A stretch of DNA of 64,000 bases from Candidatus Fervidifonticultor secundus (GCA_031459385.1 JAVKIP010000004.1:64001-128000), one strand, 5' to 3'; counted from the first letter of the stretch, positions 27,873 to 38,474 are shown. Made by a program: numbers and translations. The notes: generated by a model from the letters alone, not told the origin.

Positions 27873-29158
27873 CGGGAGGACCCGCCCGGCGTGCGGTAGC
27901 GGCCCTGGTCGCGGGGGCGGTGCTGGCCGCGGCACTGCCCGTGGCCTGGGCCGCCGAACCCATCCAGCGGGTCGACGTGCGGGTGGTGGTGGCCGGCGGC
28001 GACCCGGCGGCCGCCGTCACCCGCCGCCTGCAGGAGGTCGCGGCGACCGCAGCCGAGCGGCTCCTGCTCGGACGCGACAGCGCGGTGGTCACCCAGCAGC
28101 AGGCGATGCTCGCCGGGGTGCTGCGCGAGGTGATCGACCGCGTGGTGGCCGGGTACCGGGCGCGCGCGGTGAGCTTGCAGCCGGGGGGGACCACCGCGGT
28201 TCTGGTCGGGCTCGAGCCCCAGCCGCCCATCCTCGGCGCCCTCCCGGTGCAGGTGGCCTACGCGGACGTGCACGCCGACGTGCAGCCGCTGGTCCACCGC
28301 ACCCTGGCATCGGCGCTGCCGGAGGCGTCCGCGCTCACGGTCCGGCTGCCCGCCGCGGCCCTGGAGTGGGCGGGCCCCCTGCTGCAGCAGGAGGTCGCCG
28401 CGCTCGTGGAGCGAGCGGTCGCGGGGTTCACCGGCACGGGGCGGGTCGACGGCACCCCGCCGCGGCTCGTGCTCACGGTGCGCGTGCGCGACGCGCGCGT
28501 CGTGCGCGATATCGGCGTGCGGTTTCGGTCGTCCTCGATCCCCTACTGGCTGCTGAACCAGCACACGCCGCAGGTGCTCTCCATGGCCGAGCCGCTGCGG
28601 GGCCTGCCGGTGACCTTCGCCAGCGCGCACCGGACCGAGCTGGAACGGCTCCTGGCCGGGCGCCTGGCCGCCTACCCGCCGGCGGTGGAGTACGGCGTCG
28701 CGGCCCGTCCCCAGGTACAGGTGGCGGAGGTCACATACGTGACGGTCGTCGCCGACTCGACCCTCTACCGCGGGCGCGTAGAAGCCCGGCTCAACCTGGG
28801 CACGCATGCGCCGGTGCCCGACGTGCGCGCGCAGCTCGGCCGGGCGCTGGGGGGCCTGGAGCCGTTCGTCGAGCTCACCCTGATCCCGTCCAATCTGGCC
28901 TGGCGGTGGGCGGTGGGGGTGCGCGTCGAGCTGGGGAGCAGCGTGGCCGTGGGGGTGCGCACGCGACTGGACGGCGAGGACAGCGAGACGTTCCTGCAGT
29001 ACCGCCTCTCGCCGGATCTACAGCTGCGGGCCGGACACTTCGCCCGCGCCGGGCAGGTAGAGACGGCGCTGTCCTACCGGCTCAATGAGTTCGTCTCGTG
29101 GGAGGCGGTGGTCACATCACGGGGCGACATGTGGCTGCGGCTGGTCACGAACCTGTAG
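27869..29158 (+). CDS. Hypothetical exported protein with C-terminal beta-strand (possible barrel) domain
   Basis: Open frame with signal peptide (RRAVAALVAGAVLAAALPVAWA-A) and alternating strands ending WLRLVTNL. Start uncertain (CTG 27869 or GTG 27920). Confidence 0.7.
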   Translation: MTGGPARRAVAALVAGAVLAAALPVAWAAEPIQRVDVRVVVAGGDPAAAVTRRLQEVAATAAERLLLGRDSAVVTQQQAMLAGVLREVIDRVVAGYRARAVSLQPGGTTAVLVGLEPQPPILGALPVQVAYADVHADVQPLVHRTLASALPEASALTVRLPAAALEWAGPLLQQEVAALVERAVAGFTGTGRVDGTPPRLVLTVRVRDARVVRDIGVRFRSSSIPYWLLNQHTPQVLSMAEPLRGLPVTFASAHRTELERLLAGRLAAYPPAVEYGVAARPQVQVAEVTYVTVVADSTLYRGRVEARLNLGTHAPVPDVRAQLGRALGGLEPFVELTLIPSNLAWRWAVGVRVELGSSVAVGVRTRLDGEDSETFLQYRLSPDLQLRAGHFARAGQVETALSYRLNEFVSWEAVVTSRGDMWLRLVTNL

Positions 29159-29178
29159 CCGTCGCGCTGCGGCGCGGT

Positions 29179-29212
29179 TTGCCCGCCTGCGCGGCGCACG
29201 GTAAGGTACAAT
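29179..29212 (+). promoter_or_regulatory. Putative promoter for skp-lpx genes
   Basis: TTGCCC-N17-TAAGGT, overlapping TACAAT 29207-29212. Confidence 0.5.
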
Positions 29213-29276
29213 GGGCCTGTGCAGGGCACGCATGCCGATGCATCGCGTGCCCGCACGGCGAAAGGAGGTCGAAACG

Positions 29277-29726
29277 ATGCGCATTGACGGGCGAAAGGTG
29301 GCGGTGGCGGCCGGGGTGCTGGTGATCGCCGCCGTCGTCGTTGGCCTGCTGATCCAGCGTACGCCTGCGCTCGGCCAGTCGTTTGCCGTCGGGTACGTGG
29401 ATATGCAGCGGGCGCTGGACAACCATCCCCGCAAGGCCAGCTCCGAGCGCGCGCTGCAGGAGTTCTTCCAGGCCAAGCAGCGTGAGTTCCAGGAGCGCAG
29501 CAAGGGCATGACGGCGTTCCAGCGCCAGGAGCTCGACCGCCAGTTGCAGCAGCAGATCCTGGACAAGCGGAGCGAACTGCTGGGCGGGCTGGACCGCGAG
29601 CTGCGCGCCGCGGTCGAGACGGTGGCCAAGCAGTCCGGCGTGACGATCGTGCTCGATCGCTCGGTCGTGCTGTACGGCGGCACCGATCTGACCGACGCGG
29701 TCATCAAGCAGATCAAGGGGAAGTGA
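29277..29726 (+). CDS. OmpH/Skp family chaperone, copy 1
   Basis: SD AAGGAGG; VGYVDMQRAL..HP, coiled coil, VAKQSGVTIVLDRSVVLYGGTDLTDAVI. Confidence 0.88.
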   Translation: MRIDGRKVAVAAGVLVIAAVVVGLLIQRTPALGQSFAVGYVDMQRALDNHPRKASSERALQEFFQAKQREFQERSKGMTAFQRQELDRQLQQQILDKRSELLGGLDRELRAAVETVAKQSGVTIVLDRSVVLYGGTDLTDAVIKQIKGK

Positions 29727-30865
29727 CGGTGCGACGCGCGGTCCTGGCCGCCGCCGGGCTGGCGGCGGTGGCGCTTGCGGGGGGGTGCCAGCGGCCCGCG
29801 GCGCAGGGGCCGGCTCCCAGGGCGGCCTCCCCGACGCCTGCGGTGGCCCCCACCCCGGCCGCGCCGGCGGTGGGGGTTGTAGATCTCCAGGCCGCGCTGC
29901 GCGCCCACCGCCGCTGGCCACAGCTGGAGGCGCTGCTCAAGAAGATCGAGGCGCTCGAAGTGCGGCTGGCCACCCCCCCGCTCCCGCCGCCGGTGCCGCT
30001 TCGGGACGTCCGCCCCGAGCTGCAGGCCGAGGCAGACCGCCTGGCGGCGGGGTATCGGGCCGAGCTGGCGGCCATGGAGGAGCAGGCCCGCCAGCGACTG
30101 GACGCGTTCGCCGCCGACGTGAAAGCCGAGCAGGAGGCCAAGCTGGCCGAGGAGCACCGGCGCCTCAACGAAGACCTGAGACAGGTGATCGAGGCGAAGC
30201 GCGACGAGATGCAGCGCGAACTGGACCGGTTCGAGGTCCAGACCATGGCGGAGTACCGGATTCCGCTGCTGAACCTGCGGCTGAAGGGCGACGTGGTCGG
30301 CATCGCCAACGAGGAAGAGGCCAGGCGGATCGCCGCCGAGGCCGAGCGCCTCACGAAGGAGCGCGACGAGAAGATCCGGGCCCGGGCCCGGACGCTGGAG
30401 CAGCAGCTCGACGCGTTCCAGAAGGCGCGGACCGCCGAGGCAGAGGCCAGGTTCAAGGAGCTGGTGGCCGCGCTGGAGGAGGAGGGCCGCCAGAAGATCG
30501 AGGCCCGCCAGGCCGAGATGCGCGCCGAGCTGGAGGAGGCCGTGCGGGAGCGGGACCGGCTCCTCCGGCAGGCCGTGGAAGAGCGCCGGCGCCTGCTGGT
30601 CGGCGGGACCGAGGAGCAGATCCGGGTAGCCCAGGAGCAGTACGCGAAACAGCTGCGAACGGAGGGCGCCCGGCTGCGGGCCGAGCTGGAGGCGGTGCAT
30701 CAGGAGCGCCTCCGGCTCGAGGGCACCATGCTGGCCGAGGTCAAGATCGAGGTCGCGACGGTGGCCCAGGAGCAGAAGATCGACGTGGTCCTGGCGCGGG
30801 TCGTGGCCAACGCCCGCGCGGTGGATCTCACCCAGGCGGTCATCGCCCGCCTCCGGCGCCCATGA
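29723..30865 (+). CDS. Elongated OmpH/Skp-like lipoprotein, copy 2
   Basis: Lipobox-like LAGGC, VGVVDLQAAL..H, very long coiled coil, VAQEQKIDVVL..VDLTQAVI. Confidence 0.75.
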   Translation: MTVRRAVLAAAGLAAVALAGGCQRPAAQGPAPRAASPTPAVAPTPAAPAVGVVDLQAALRAHRRWPQLEALLKKIEALEVRLATPPLPPPVPLRDVRPELQAEADRLAAGYRAELAAMEEQARQRLDAFAADVKAEQEAKLAEEHRRLNEDLRQVIEAKRDEMQRELDRFEVQTMAEYRIPLLNLRLKGDVVGIANEEEARRIAAEAERLTKERDEKIRARARTLEQQLDAFQKARTAEAEARFKELVAALEEEGRQKIEARQAEMRAELEEAVRERDRLLRQAVEERRRLLVGGTEEQIRVAQEQYAKQLRTEGARLRAELEAVHQERLRLEGTMLAEVKIEVATVAQEQKIDVVLARVVANARAVDLTQAVIARLRRP

Positions 30866-31320
30866 CGGTGCAAGGGCAGCGCCGCAGCACCGTGCACCGG
30901 CGGGCAGCGGCAGGATCCGTGATGCTGGTGGGTTTCGTGGTGGCCGTGCTGGCCTCGGCGTGCACGGCCGGTCGCGTCGGGCTCGTGGAGACCCGGCGGT
31001 TGCTCACCGAGAGCGCGCTGGCACTGCGCTACCAGAAGGAACTGGACGACCGGGAGCGCGCCATGACCACCGACCTGCAGCTGCTGGCGCGCCAGCTTCC
31101 CCGGGAGGACCTGGAAGCGCGACGGGCCCAGTACATCCGCGAGCTCCAGGTGATGCGGGTCCAGCTCGAGGAGAACCTCAACCGGGCCATCCGCGACGTC
31201 ATCCAGCAGATCGTGCGGGAGAAGCGGCTGCGCGGCGTCATCGTCAAGGGCCCGGTCATCTACAGTCAGCCCGGCAGTACCGTGGACATCACCCAGGAGG
31301 TTATCGACCGGCTCAAGTAG
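30862..31320 (+). CDS. OmpH/Skp-like lipoprotein, copy 3
   Basis: Lipobox-like LASAC, RVGLVE, coiled coil, KGPVIY..VDITQEVIDRL; ATGA overlap. Confidence 0.75.
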   Translation: MTVQGQRRSTVHRRAAAGSVMLVGFVVAVLASACTAGRVGLVETRRLLTESALALRYQKELDDRERAMTTDLQLLARQLPREDLEARRAQYIRELQVMRVQLEENLNRAIRDVIQQIVREKRLRGVIVKGPVIYSQPGSTVDITQEVIDRLK

Positions 31321-31332
31321 CCGGGCTATTGC

Positions 31333-32373
31333 ATGAGGCTCGCGGACCTCGCTCGCCTGGCGCGCGCGGAGCTCTCCGGGCCGGGTGACGCGGATATCCA
31401 GGCCGTCACCGACCTGGCGGCTGCACACCCGGCTGCGCTGGTGTTCGTGGCAGACCTTCGCCGCCTGCCCGAGGCCGAAGCGTCCGCTGCCGGCGCGCTG
31501 CTCGTGGCCGCGGACGCGCCGCCGGTGCGCAAGCCGGCCTTGCGTGCCCCAAACGCCCGCGCCGCCTTCGCCAGGGTGCTGGCGGCGTTCGCGCCCGCGC
31601 CGCCCATCGGGCAGGGGATCCACCCTACGGCCGTGGTGGCGCCCGACGCCCGTCTGGGGGCGGACGTCACGGTGGGTCCGTTCGTCACCATCGGCCCGGG
31701 TGCGGTTGTCGGTCCTCGCACCGTCCTGGACGCTGGCGTGGTCGTGGGGGCGGAGGTCGAAATCGGTGCCGACTGTCGCCTCTATCCTGGCGTTGTCCTC
31801 TACCCGCGCTCGAGGCTGGGCGACCGCGTGATCGTGCACGCGGGCGCCGTGCTGGGCGCAGACGGCTTCGGCTACGCCGCCGACGACGAGGGAGCCGTAA
31901 AGATCCCGCACCTCGGCCGGGTCGTGGTCGAGGACGACGTCGAGATCGGTGCCAACACCTGCGTGGATCGGGCCACGCTCGGCGAGACCCGGATTGGCCG
32001 CGGCACCAAGATCGACAACCTGGTACAGATCGGGCACAACGTGACCATCGGGCCGGGCTGCCTCATCGTCGCCCAGGTCGGGATCTCGGGCAGCGTCACG
32101 ATCGAGGCCGGCGCGGTGCTGGCCGGGCAGGCCGGCGTTGGCGACCACATCACCATCGGCGCGGGCGCGCGGGTGGGCGGCCAGGCGGGCGTGACGCGAA
32201 ACGTGCCGCCTGGCGTCACGGTCTCCGGCTACCCGGCCCGCGAGCACCGCGAAGAACTGCGGCTGCAGGCCGCGCTGCGGCGGCTGCCGGGCCTGCTGGC
32301 GCGCGTGGCCGCGCTCGAGGCACGCCTCGCGGCCGCGGATGACGGGCCCCCGAAGGGCCCGCGAGGACCGTGA
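31333..32373 (+). CDS. lpxD: UDP-3-O-(3-hydroxyacyl)glucosamine N-acyltransferase
   Basis: IHPTAVV hexapeptides, [31 protein letters not shown]. Confidence 0.95.
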   Translation: MRLADLARLARAELSGPGDADIQAVTDLAAAHPAALVFVADLRRLPEAEASAAGALLVAADAPPVRKPALRAPNARAAFARVLAAFAPAPPIGQGIHPTAVVAPDARLGADVTVGPFVTIGPGAVVGPRTVLDAGVVVGAEVEIGADCRLYPGVVLYPRSRLGDRVIVHAGAVLGADGFGYAADDEGAVKIPHLGRVVVEDDVEIGANTCVDRATLGETRIGRGTKIDNLVQIGHNVTIGPGCLIVAQVGISGSVTIEAGAVLAGQAGVGDHITIGAGARVGGQAGVTRNVPPGVTVSGYPAREHREELRLQAALRRLPGLLARVAALEARLAAADDGPPKGPRGP

Positions 32374-34178
32374 CCCCCGCGCGAGCATCCCTGCTGGTCG
32401 CCGTGCTGGCCGCCACGGCGGCAGCGCCCCCTCCGGCGGTGCTGGCGGCCGGCCGGCCGTCGTGGCTGGCCGGGGAGGTCGTCGCCTGGCGGGCGTCGCC
32501 CCGTGCGCAGGAGGCGGAGCTGCGGGTGCGGGGGATCGTCGTGGCCCGCCTCTACGGCCCTACGGCCTGGCCCCGCGCGGCCGCCGCGGCCCGCGCCCTG
32601 CGCCGGCCGCTGTGGCCCTCGCCGGCTGTGGCGGTGCGGCCGTGGGGCCAATCCGCCGCGCTCGCGCTGGACGGCCGGGTCGTCCTCGTGGCTGGCGGGC
32701 TGGACGCCCGCCAGGAGGGCACCGATGCCGTGACGCTGGCGTCGCGCTGGGCCGAGCGACTCCGGGAGGCGCTGGCGGTCCCCCCGCTGGCGGTGACGCC
32801 ATCGAGTGTCGTGCTCTCGCCGGACGGTGTCGCCACGCTGCGGGTCGCCACGGCAACGCCGGGCCCGCTGTCGGTCGGGGAGGCGGATCGGCGGGTGGTG
32901 GCGGTACGCCTGCTCCGCGGGGCGATCGAGCTCCGGGGCCGGGCCTTGGGCGCCACGGTGGTGCCGGTATACCTTGGACCCTACCAGGCGGCGGTGCCGG
33001 TGTCGGTCCGGCCGCCGGCCGGGCACATCCCCCCTGAGGTCGAGGTGGTCGTGACCGGCACGCCTGCGTCCGTGGCCGTCGTCCGCGAGGCGGTGGTGCG
33101 CCAGCTCGACGTCTCCGTGGCGCGCACGCCGGGCGCCGTGCTGCGCTGGTCGGCGATCCCGGTGGACGCGCCGCTGGCGGCGGGCGCCGCCGTCACGGTC
33201 CACGTGCCAGTCAGCGTCCGCAGCCCCTACGCCGGGCCGGTGGAGCGCCGCATGGCCGTTACCGTCCGCAACGAGCCGCTGGCGCTGCGCGATCCGGAGA
33301 TCCTGCTGGTCAGCAACCGCCCCGAAACGATCACCGGCAACGGCCTGCTCTTCGAGGAGACGCTGCAGCCCCGGCGGGGTGCGCGCCTGCTCTACCATCA
33401 CATGAACGGGTCTCCCGGGCAGGCCCGCATCCTGACCATCACCCTGATCAACCCCGGCGCGACCCGGGCTCGCGTGCACTATCTCAGCGGCCACGCCGGG
33501 CCGTCGCCCGACCCCTTGCAGGTGGGGTGGCTCGCGACCGGCCGGTTCCTGGCCGCGCTGGGCGTCGGGCAGGGCTATCTCGTGGAGGTGCCGGCGCGTG
33601 GCGCCACGACGTTCACCGCCTATGCCCTGCCGCCGCTGGCGCTGGTCTCCGGGCTGATGCAGTTCCAGGTGATCGACGGCGGGCCGGTCCACCTGCGCGT
33701 GGCCGTCCGGGTGCCGTGGCTGCTCGACCGCACGGTGACCGGCGACCTGGGCCCCTACGCGTTCCCGCACCCGCGGGGCACGTTCCCCGGGGCCACGGTG
33801 GACGTGGCGCGAGAGGTGACGCTCGACCAGCGGGCCGATGTGGCCGAGCTGGGCATCATGGCCGACCTCAAGGACCTGCGCACGGGCGAGGCGCTCGTCG
33901 GCGACTACGGCGTGCTCTACCGGCTACGGCTGCGCCTGCGCAACCCGACCCCCGGCGAGGTGACCGCGGCGCTGGTGGCGAATGCCGCGGGGGGCCCGGC
34001 CCGCGGCGTGTTCGTGATCGACGGCACCATGACAGACGTCGGCCTGCTGACACCCAACGAGGACCGCACGGTGGCAACGTTCGCCGTGCCCCCGGCCGGC
34101 GCGCGCGACGTGACCGTCGTGACCATGCCCGTGGCGGGGTCGTTCTATCCCGTCCGGCTCTCGGTGCGACCGCAATGA
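32370..34178 (+). CDS. Hypothetical exported beta-rich protein
   Basis: 602 aa ORF with stop/start overlaps to lpxD and lpxC; signal peptide; [16 protein letters not shown] and GDYGVLY segments. Confidence 0.75.
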   Translation: MTPARASLLVAVLAATAAAPPPAVLAAGRPSWLAGEVVAWRASPRAQEAELRVRGIVVARLYGPTAWPRAAAAARALRRPLWPSPAVAVRPWGQSAALALDGRVVLVAGGLDARQEGTDAVTLASRWAERLREALAVPPLAVTPSSVVLSPDGVATLRVATATPGPLSVGEADRRVVAVRLLRGAIELRGRALGATVVPVYLGPYQAAVPVSVRPPAGHIPPEVEVVVTGTPASVAVVREAVVRQLDVSVARTPGAVLRWSAIPVDAPLAAGAAVTVHVPVSVRSPYAGPVERRMAVTVRNEPLALRDPEILLVSNRPETITGNGLLFEETLQPRRGARLLYHHMNGSPGQARILTITLINPGATRARVHYLSGHAGPSPDPLQVGWLATGRFLAALGVGQGYLVEVPARGATTFTAYALPPLALVSGLMQFQVIDGGPVHLRVAVRVPWLLDRTVTGDLGPYAFPHPRGTFPGATVDVAREVTLDQRADVAELGIMADLKDLRTGEALVGDYGVLYRLRLRLRNPTPGEVTAALVANAAGGPARGVFVIDGTMTDVGLLTPNEDRTVATFAVPPAGARDVTVVTMPVAGSFYPVRLSVRPQ

Positions 34179-35032
34179 CGGCCTCCGCGGCCCAGCGGAC
34201 GATCGCCCGCCCCGTGACCGTCACGGGCACCGGCCTGCACACCGGCGAGCCCGTCACTGCCCGCCTGCTGCCGGCGCCCGAACACCACGGCGTGACGTTC
34301 CGACGCGCCGACGTGCCGGGCGCGTCGGTGATCCCTGCGTGCCTGGGGGAAGTGGTGGCGACCGATCGCGGCGTCGTGCTCGGCCGCCGGGTGCCCGTGG
34401 CCACCGTGGAGCACCTGCTCTCGGCGGCGCGGGGGCTCGGCATCGACAACCTGGCGGTGGAGGTAGAGGGCGAGGAGCTGCCCTGCGGGGACGGGAGCGC
34501 GCAGATCTTCGTGGACGCGTTGGGGCGGGCCGGCACCGTCGCCCAGGCCGCTGCGCGGTCGCCGATCGCGCTCACCGCGCCGGTCTGGGTCGGCGGCGGC
34601 GCCAGCGTCATCGTGGCGCTGCCCGCGCCCCGGCTGCAGGTCACGTACATCGCCACCGCCAACGGGGTGGCTCTGGCGCCGCAGATGGCGGAGTTCGACG
34701 CCGACCGCGACGACTACGCCACGACCATCGCACCGGCGCGGACGTGGGGCCTGCTGGCCGAGGCCGAGCAACTGCGCGCCCGGGGCCTGGCGCGGGGCGC
34801 CTCCCTGGCCACGACGCTGGTGATCGGCGTGGAGGGCTTCATCAACGAGCCGCGGTTCCCGAACGAGATGGCCCGCCACAAGATCCTCGACGCGCTGGGC
34901 GACCTCTCGCTGCTGGGCCGGCCCCTCCACGCGCAGATCCTCGCCGTGCGCGCGGGCCACGGGTTGCACATTGCGCTGGCTCGAGCCATTGCCCGCCAGA
35001 CCGGCGCGGGCGACGGCAGTCAGGACACCTGA
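34175..35032 (+). CDS. lpxC: UDP-3-O-acyl-GlcNAc deacetylase
   Basis: QRTIA, GTGLHTG, TVEHLLSA, DGSA, ARTWG, HKILDALGDL, GHGLH. Confidence 0.95.
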   Translation: MTASAAQRTIARPVTVTGTGLHTGEPVTARLLPAPEHHGVTFRRADVPGASVIPACLGEVVATDRGVVLGRRVPVATVEHLLSAARGLGIDNLAVEVEGEELPCGDGSAQIFVDALGRAGTVAQAAARSPIALTAPVWVGGGASVIVALPAPRLQVTYIATANGVALAPQMAEFDADRDDYATTIAPARTWGLLAEAEQLRARGLARGASLATTLVIGVEGFINEPRFPNEMARHKILDALGDLSLLGRPLHAQILAVRAGHGLHIALARAIARQTGAGDGSQDT

Positions 35033-35033
35033 C

Positions 35034-35867
35034 GTGGCGGAGCCCGGCCGCGCAGCCCGCGGCCCCCGGATCCACCCCACGGCGGTCGTGCACCCGGACG
35101 CGTGGCTCGACGACGGCGTCGAGGTCGGACCGTACGCGGTGATCGGCGCCGACGTCACCGTGGGGGCCGGCACGAAGATCGGGCCGCACGTCGTGATCCA
35201 CGAGGGCGTGACGATCGGCCGCGACAACGTCTTCGCCGCGCACGTGGTGCTCGGCGGCCGGCCGCAGGACCGGGCCTGGCGCGGGGAACGTACCCGGATC
35301 GTGATCGGGGACGGCAACATCTTCAGCGAGTTCGCCAGCGTCGACCGGGCCACCGGCGAGGGACACGAGACGCGGATCGGCAACGGGACCTACATCATGT
35401 CCGGCGTGAAGATCAGCCATAACTGCCAGGTGGGCAACGGCGCGGTCATTGTGAGCGCGACGCAGCTCGGCGGCTGGGTGCGGGTGGAGGAGGATGCCTA
35501 CATCGGCGGCGTCTCCGGCGTGCACCAGTTCGTGCACGTGGGCCGCCTGGCCATGGTAGCGGGGATGACCGCCGTGCGTCAGGATGTGCCTCCCTACGTG
35601 ATGGTCGCGGGGCTGCGCACGCGGGCGATCGGCCTCAACGTGGTCGGCCTGCAGCGCCACGGCGTTCCGCCCTCGGACCGCATGGCGCTGCGGCGGGCGT
35701 TTCGCATCTTCTTCCAGGCAGGGCTCTCCATGGACGACGCCCTCGCGGCCCTGGAGCCCGAGGCCGCCGCGAGCCAGCCGGTCAGGCACTTTGTGGAGTT
35801 CATTCGCGCCGCTAGGGCGCGTAAGCGGGGGATCGTACGGTGGCACCCGGGCGAGACGGCATGGTAG
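35034..35867 (+). CDS. lpxA: Acyl-ACP--UDP-GlcNAc O-acyltransferase
   Basis: IHPTAVVHP, PQD, SHNC (catalytic His), VHQF, QDVPPY, GLNVVGLQR. Start GTG 35034 after AGGA. Confidence 0.93.
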   Translation: MAEPGRAARGPRIHPTAVVHPDAWLDDGVEVGPYAVIGADVTVGAGTKIGPHVVIHEGVTIGRDNVFAAHVVLGGRPQDRAWRGERTRIVIGDGNIFSEFASVDRATGEGHETRIGNGTYIMSGVKISHNCQVGNGAVIVSATQLGGWVRVEEDAYIGGVSGVHQFVHVGRLAMVAGMTAVRQDVPPYVMVAGLRTRAIGLNVVGLQRHGVPPSDRMALRRAFRIFFQAGLSMDDALAALEPEAAASQPVRHFVEFIRAARARKRGIVRWHPGETAW

Positions 35868-36679
35868 GTCTGCTGGCGGGCACGGGCGCGCTCCCCGAGG
35901 TGATCGCCGCGGCGGTGAAGGCGCGCGGCCTGCGCCTGGTGTGCGTGCAGGTTGGCGAAGAGTCCGCCACGCTCCCCGGCATCGCCGACCACTACCGGCG
36001 CTGCGCGCCCGGCGCGCTGCGCGAGGTGCTGGAGACCCTGCGGGCGCACGAGGTGCGCGAGGTGCTCGTGGCCGGGCGGTTCCTGCGCGCCAACCTGCTC
36101 GTCCGGGGCGACGAGCTGCACGACGCGGTCTTGCGGGGCCACCTGGACCACCGCGACGTGCCGCTCCTGGAGCGGCTGGCGGCGCTGCTGGCAGAGATGG
36201 GCATGGCGCTGGTGGAGCAGACGCGCTTCGTCGGTAACCTGCTGGCGCCGCCGGGCCTCCTGACCACCCGGCCGCCCACGCCCGAGGAGCTGTCGGACCT
36301 GGCCTTTGGCCGCGCCGTGGCCCGGCGGCTGGCCGACCTCGATGTCGGGCAGACGGTCGTCCTCCGCCGCGGCATCATACTGGCCGTTGAGGCGGCGGAG
36401 GGCACCGACGCCACCGTGCGCCGCGGCGGGGCCATGGCGCAGGAGGCGGTGGTGGTCAAGGCCAGCCGCAACCGCCAGGACCCGCGCTTCGACATCCCCG
36501 CGGTGGGTCCCGGGACCGTCGCCGCCATGTGCGAGGTCGGCGCGCGCGTCCTTGGCATCGACGCGCGGCGCACGCTGCTGCTGGAGCGGGAGCGCATGCT
36601 GGCCGACGCGGAGGCAGCAGGCATCACGATCCTGGCTGCCGACGTCCCTCCGCTGGGCACGCCGGTGCATGACGGGTAG
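35861..36679 (+). CDS. lpxI: UDP-2,3-diacylglucosamine diphosphatase LpxI
   Basis: GLLAGTGALP, LDVGQTVV, AVEAAEGTD, QDPRFDIPAVG. Confidence 0.92.
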   Translation: MVGLLAGTGALPEVIAAAVKARGLRLVCVQVGEESATLPGIADHYRRCAPGALREVLETLRAHEVREVLVAGRFLRANLLVRGDELHDAVLRGHLDHRDVPLLERLAALLAEMGMALVEQTRFVGNLLAPPGLLTTRPPTPEELSDLAFGRAVARRLADLDVGQTVVLRRGIILAVEAAEGTDATVRRGGAMAQEAVVVKASRNRQDPRFDIPAVGPGTVAAMCEVGARVLGIDARRTLLLERERMLADAEAAGITILAADVPPLGTPVHDG

Positions 36680-37820
36680 CGGTCCCCGGATCGTGCTGGT
36701 GGCCGGCGAGGTCTCCGGCGACCTGCAGGGGGCAGGCCTGGCGCGGGCGCTGCGGGCGCTGGAGCCGTCCGTGTGCCTGGAGGGCGTGGGCGGACACCGC
36801 ATGGCGGCGGCGGGCGTCCGGCTGGTCGCCGACAGCAGCGCGTGGGGGCTGGTCGGCTGGATGGAAGTCGCGCGCGAGCTGCCGGCATTCGCACGCCGGC
36901 TGCGGGAGCTGACGGCGTGGCTGCGCGCCCGGCCGCCCGACGTCCTGGTGCCCATCGACTTCCCGGGGTTCAATCTGGCGCTGCTCCAGCGCGTGCGTGG
37001 CCTCTGCCCGGTGGTGTACTACCTCCCGCCGATGGTGGCCATTCGCCGCGGCCGCCGCGCCGAGCGCGTGGCGCGCCTGGGCGCCCGACTGCTGCCGGTG
37101 TTCCCGTTCGAGGCCGAGGCGTACCGGCGCGCCGGTGCCGACGCGGTCTTCATCGGGCATCCGGCGGTCGACCAGCTGCAAGACGACGAGCCCGAGGACG
37201 CCGTGCGGCGGCGCCTGGGCCTGCCGGCCGGTGCGCCGGTGCTGGGGCTCCTGCCGGGCAGCCGCCACCAGGAACTGGCCCGGCTGCTCCGACCCATGAT
37301 CGCGGCGGCCGTCTACCTGCGTGAGCAGCGGCCCGACCTGGCGATCGTGCTGGCGCGCGCCGCGCCGGTCTTCGCGGCACAGCTCGAGGGCGCGCTGCAC
37401 GCGGCCGACCTCCCGGCCGTGGTCACCGACGGCGCGCGCGACGCGTTCGCCGTGAGCACCGTGCTCCTGATGGCGTCGGGCACGGCGACCGTGGAGGCGA
37501 TGCTCCGGGGCGTGCCGATGGTGGTGGCGTACCGGACCTCGTGGTCGACCCGCTGGCTGGCCCCGATCGTCTGGAACGTCCGCTGGCTGGCGATGCCGAA
37601 CATCCTGGCGCAGGAGCGCGTCGTGCCCGAGGTGCTGCAGCGCCACGTGACACCTGACCGGTTGCGCGCTGCCGTGGAGTCCCTGCTGGCCGATCCCGGG
37701 GCGCGGGCGCGCATGCGCCAGCGGCTGCTCGCCCTGGCCCGGGAGTTGGGGCCGCCCGGCGCCGTGAGCCGGGCAGCGGCGGAGGTGCTGGCGGCCAGCC
37801 GGCGCGGACCCGCGCGGTGA
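36669..37820 (+). CDS. lpxB: Lipid-A-disaccharide synthase
   Basis: VAGEVSGDL, IDFPGFN, FPFE, FIGHP, LLPGSR, SGTATVE, MPNILA. Confidence 0.94.
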   Translation: MTGSGPRIVLVAGEVSGDLQGAGLARALRALEPSVCLEGVGGHRMAAAGVRLVADSSAWGLVGWMEVARELPAFARRLRELTAWLRARPPDVLVPIDFPGFNLALLQRVRGLCPVVYYLPPMVAIRRGRRAERVARLGARLLPVFPFEAEAYRRAGADAVFIGHPAVDQLQDDEPEDAVRRRLGLPAGAPVLGLLPGSRHQELARLLRPMIAAAVYLREQRPDLAIVLARAAPVFAAQLEGALHAADLPAVVTDGARDAFAVSTVLLMASGTATVEAMLRGVPMVVAYRTSWSTRWLAPIVWNVRWLAMPNILAQERVVPEVLQRHVTPDRLRAAVESLLADPGARARMRQRLLALARELGPPGAVSRAAAEVLAASRRGPAR

Positions 37821-37877
37821 ACCTTGCGGGGCGATTTCCCCGTCTAGTACCATGAGGCGGACGTCGAAGGAGCGCGC

Positions 37878-38474
37878 ATGACGGCACGCAGATGGCGGCG
37901 GCTCCTGGCTGCGCTGGCAGTAGGGCCGCTGGCAGCAGCCGCGGTGCTCCACGCGCTGGCGGTGTCGTCCCGCCCGCTGGCTGCCACCTCCACCGCGCGG
38001 TCCGCGCCGACGGCGCCGCCGGCCAGGCCGCCTGCGGTGCCGCCGCTGGAGGTCCAGCAGACCGCCATCACCTCGGTCGACGCGCAGGGCGACCGGCAGT
38101 GGGAGCTGCGGGCGCAGACCGTCGTGGTGGACAACGCCGCCGGTGTAGCCGTGCTGACCGCGGTGCAGGGCACCTACTACAAGACTGGCGAGCCCGCGAT
38201 CACGTTCTCGGCGCCCCGCGGCCGCTTCGAGCTCGCCTCGCGCAACGTCACCCTGACCGGGGGCGTGCGCGCCCGCTCCACCTCGGGCCGGCGCGTCTCG
38301 GCAGACACCGTGCGATGGTTCCCGAAGACCCACGAGCTGGAGGCCACGGGACACGTCGTCCTGGAGCAGGGGGCCTGGACGATCCGCGCCGACTACCTGC
38401 GGGCCGACGTGACGCTACAGAAGACCACGCTGCGGGGCAACATCCGCGCGACCGTCACCGAGGGGGGCCGGTGA
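37878..38474 (+). CDS. lptC: LPS export protein LptC
   Basis: N-terminal TM plus beta-jellyroll (WELRA, VTLTGGV, ATGHVVL); SD AAGGAG; operon position. Confidence 0.75.
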   Translation: MTARRWRRLLAALAVGPLAAAAVLHALAVSSRPLAATSTARSAPTAPPARPPAVPPLEVQQTAITSVDAQGDRQWELRAQTVVVDNAAGVAVLTAVQGTYYKTGEPAITFSAPRGRFELASRNVTLTGGVRARSTSGRRVSADTVRWFPKTHELEATGHVVLEQGAWTIRADYLRADVTLQKTTLRGNIRATVTEGGR

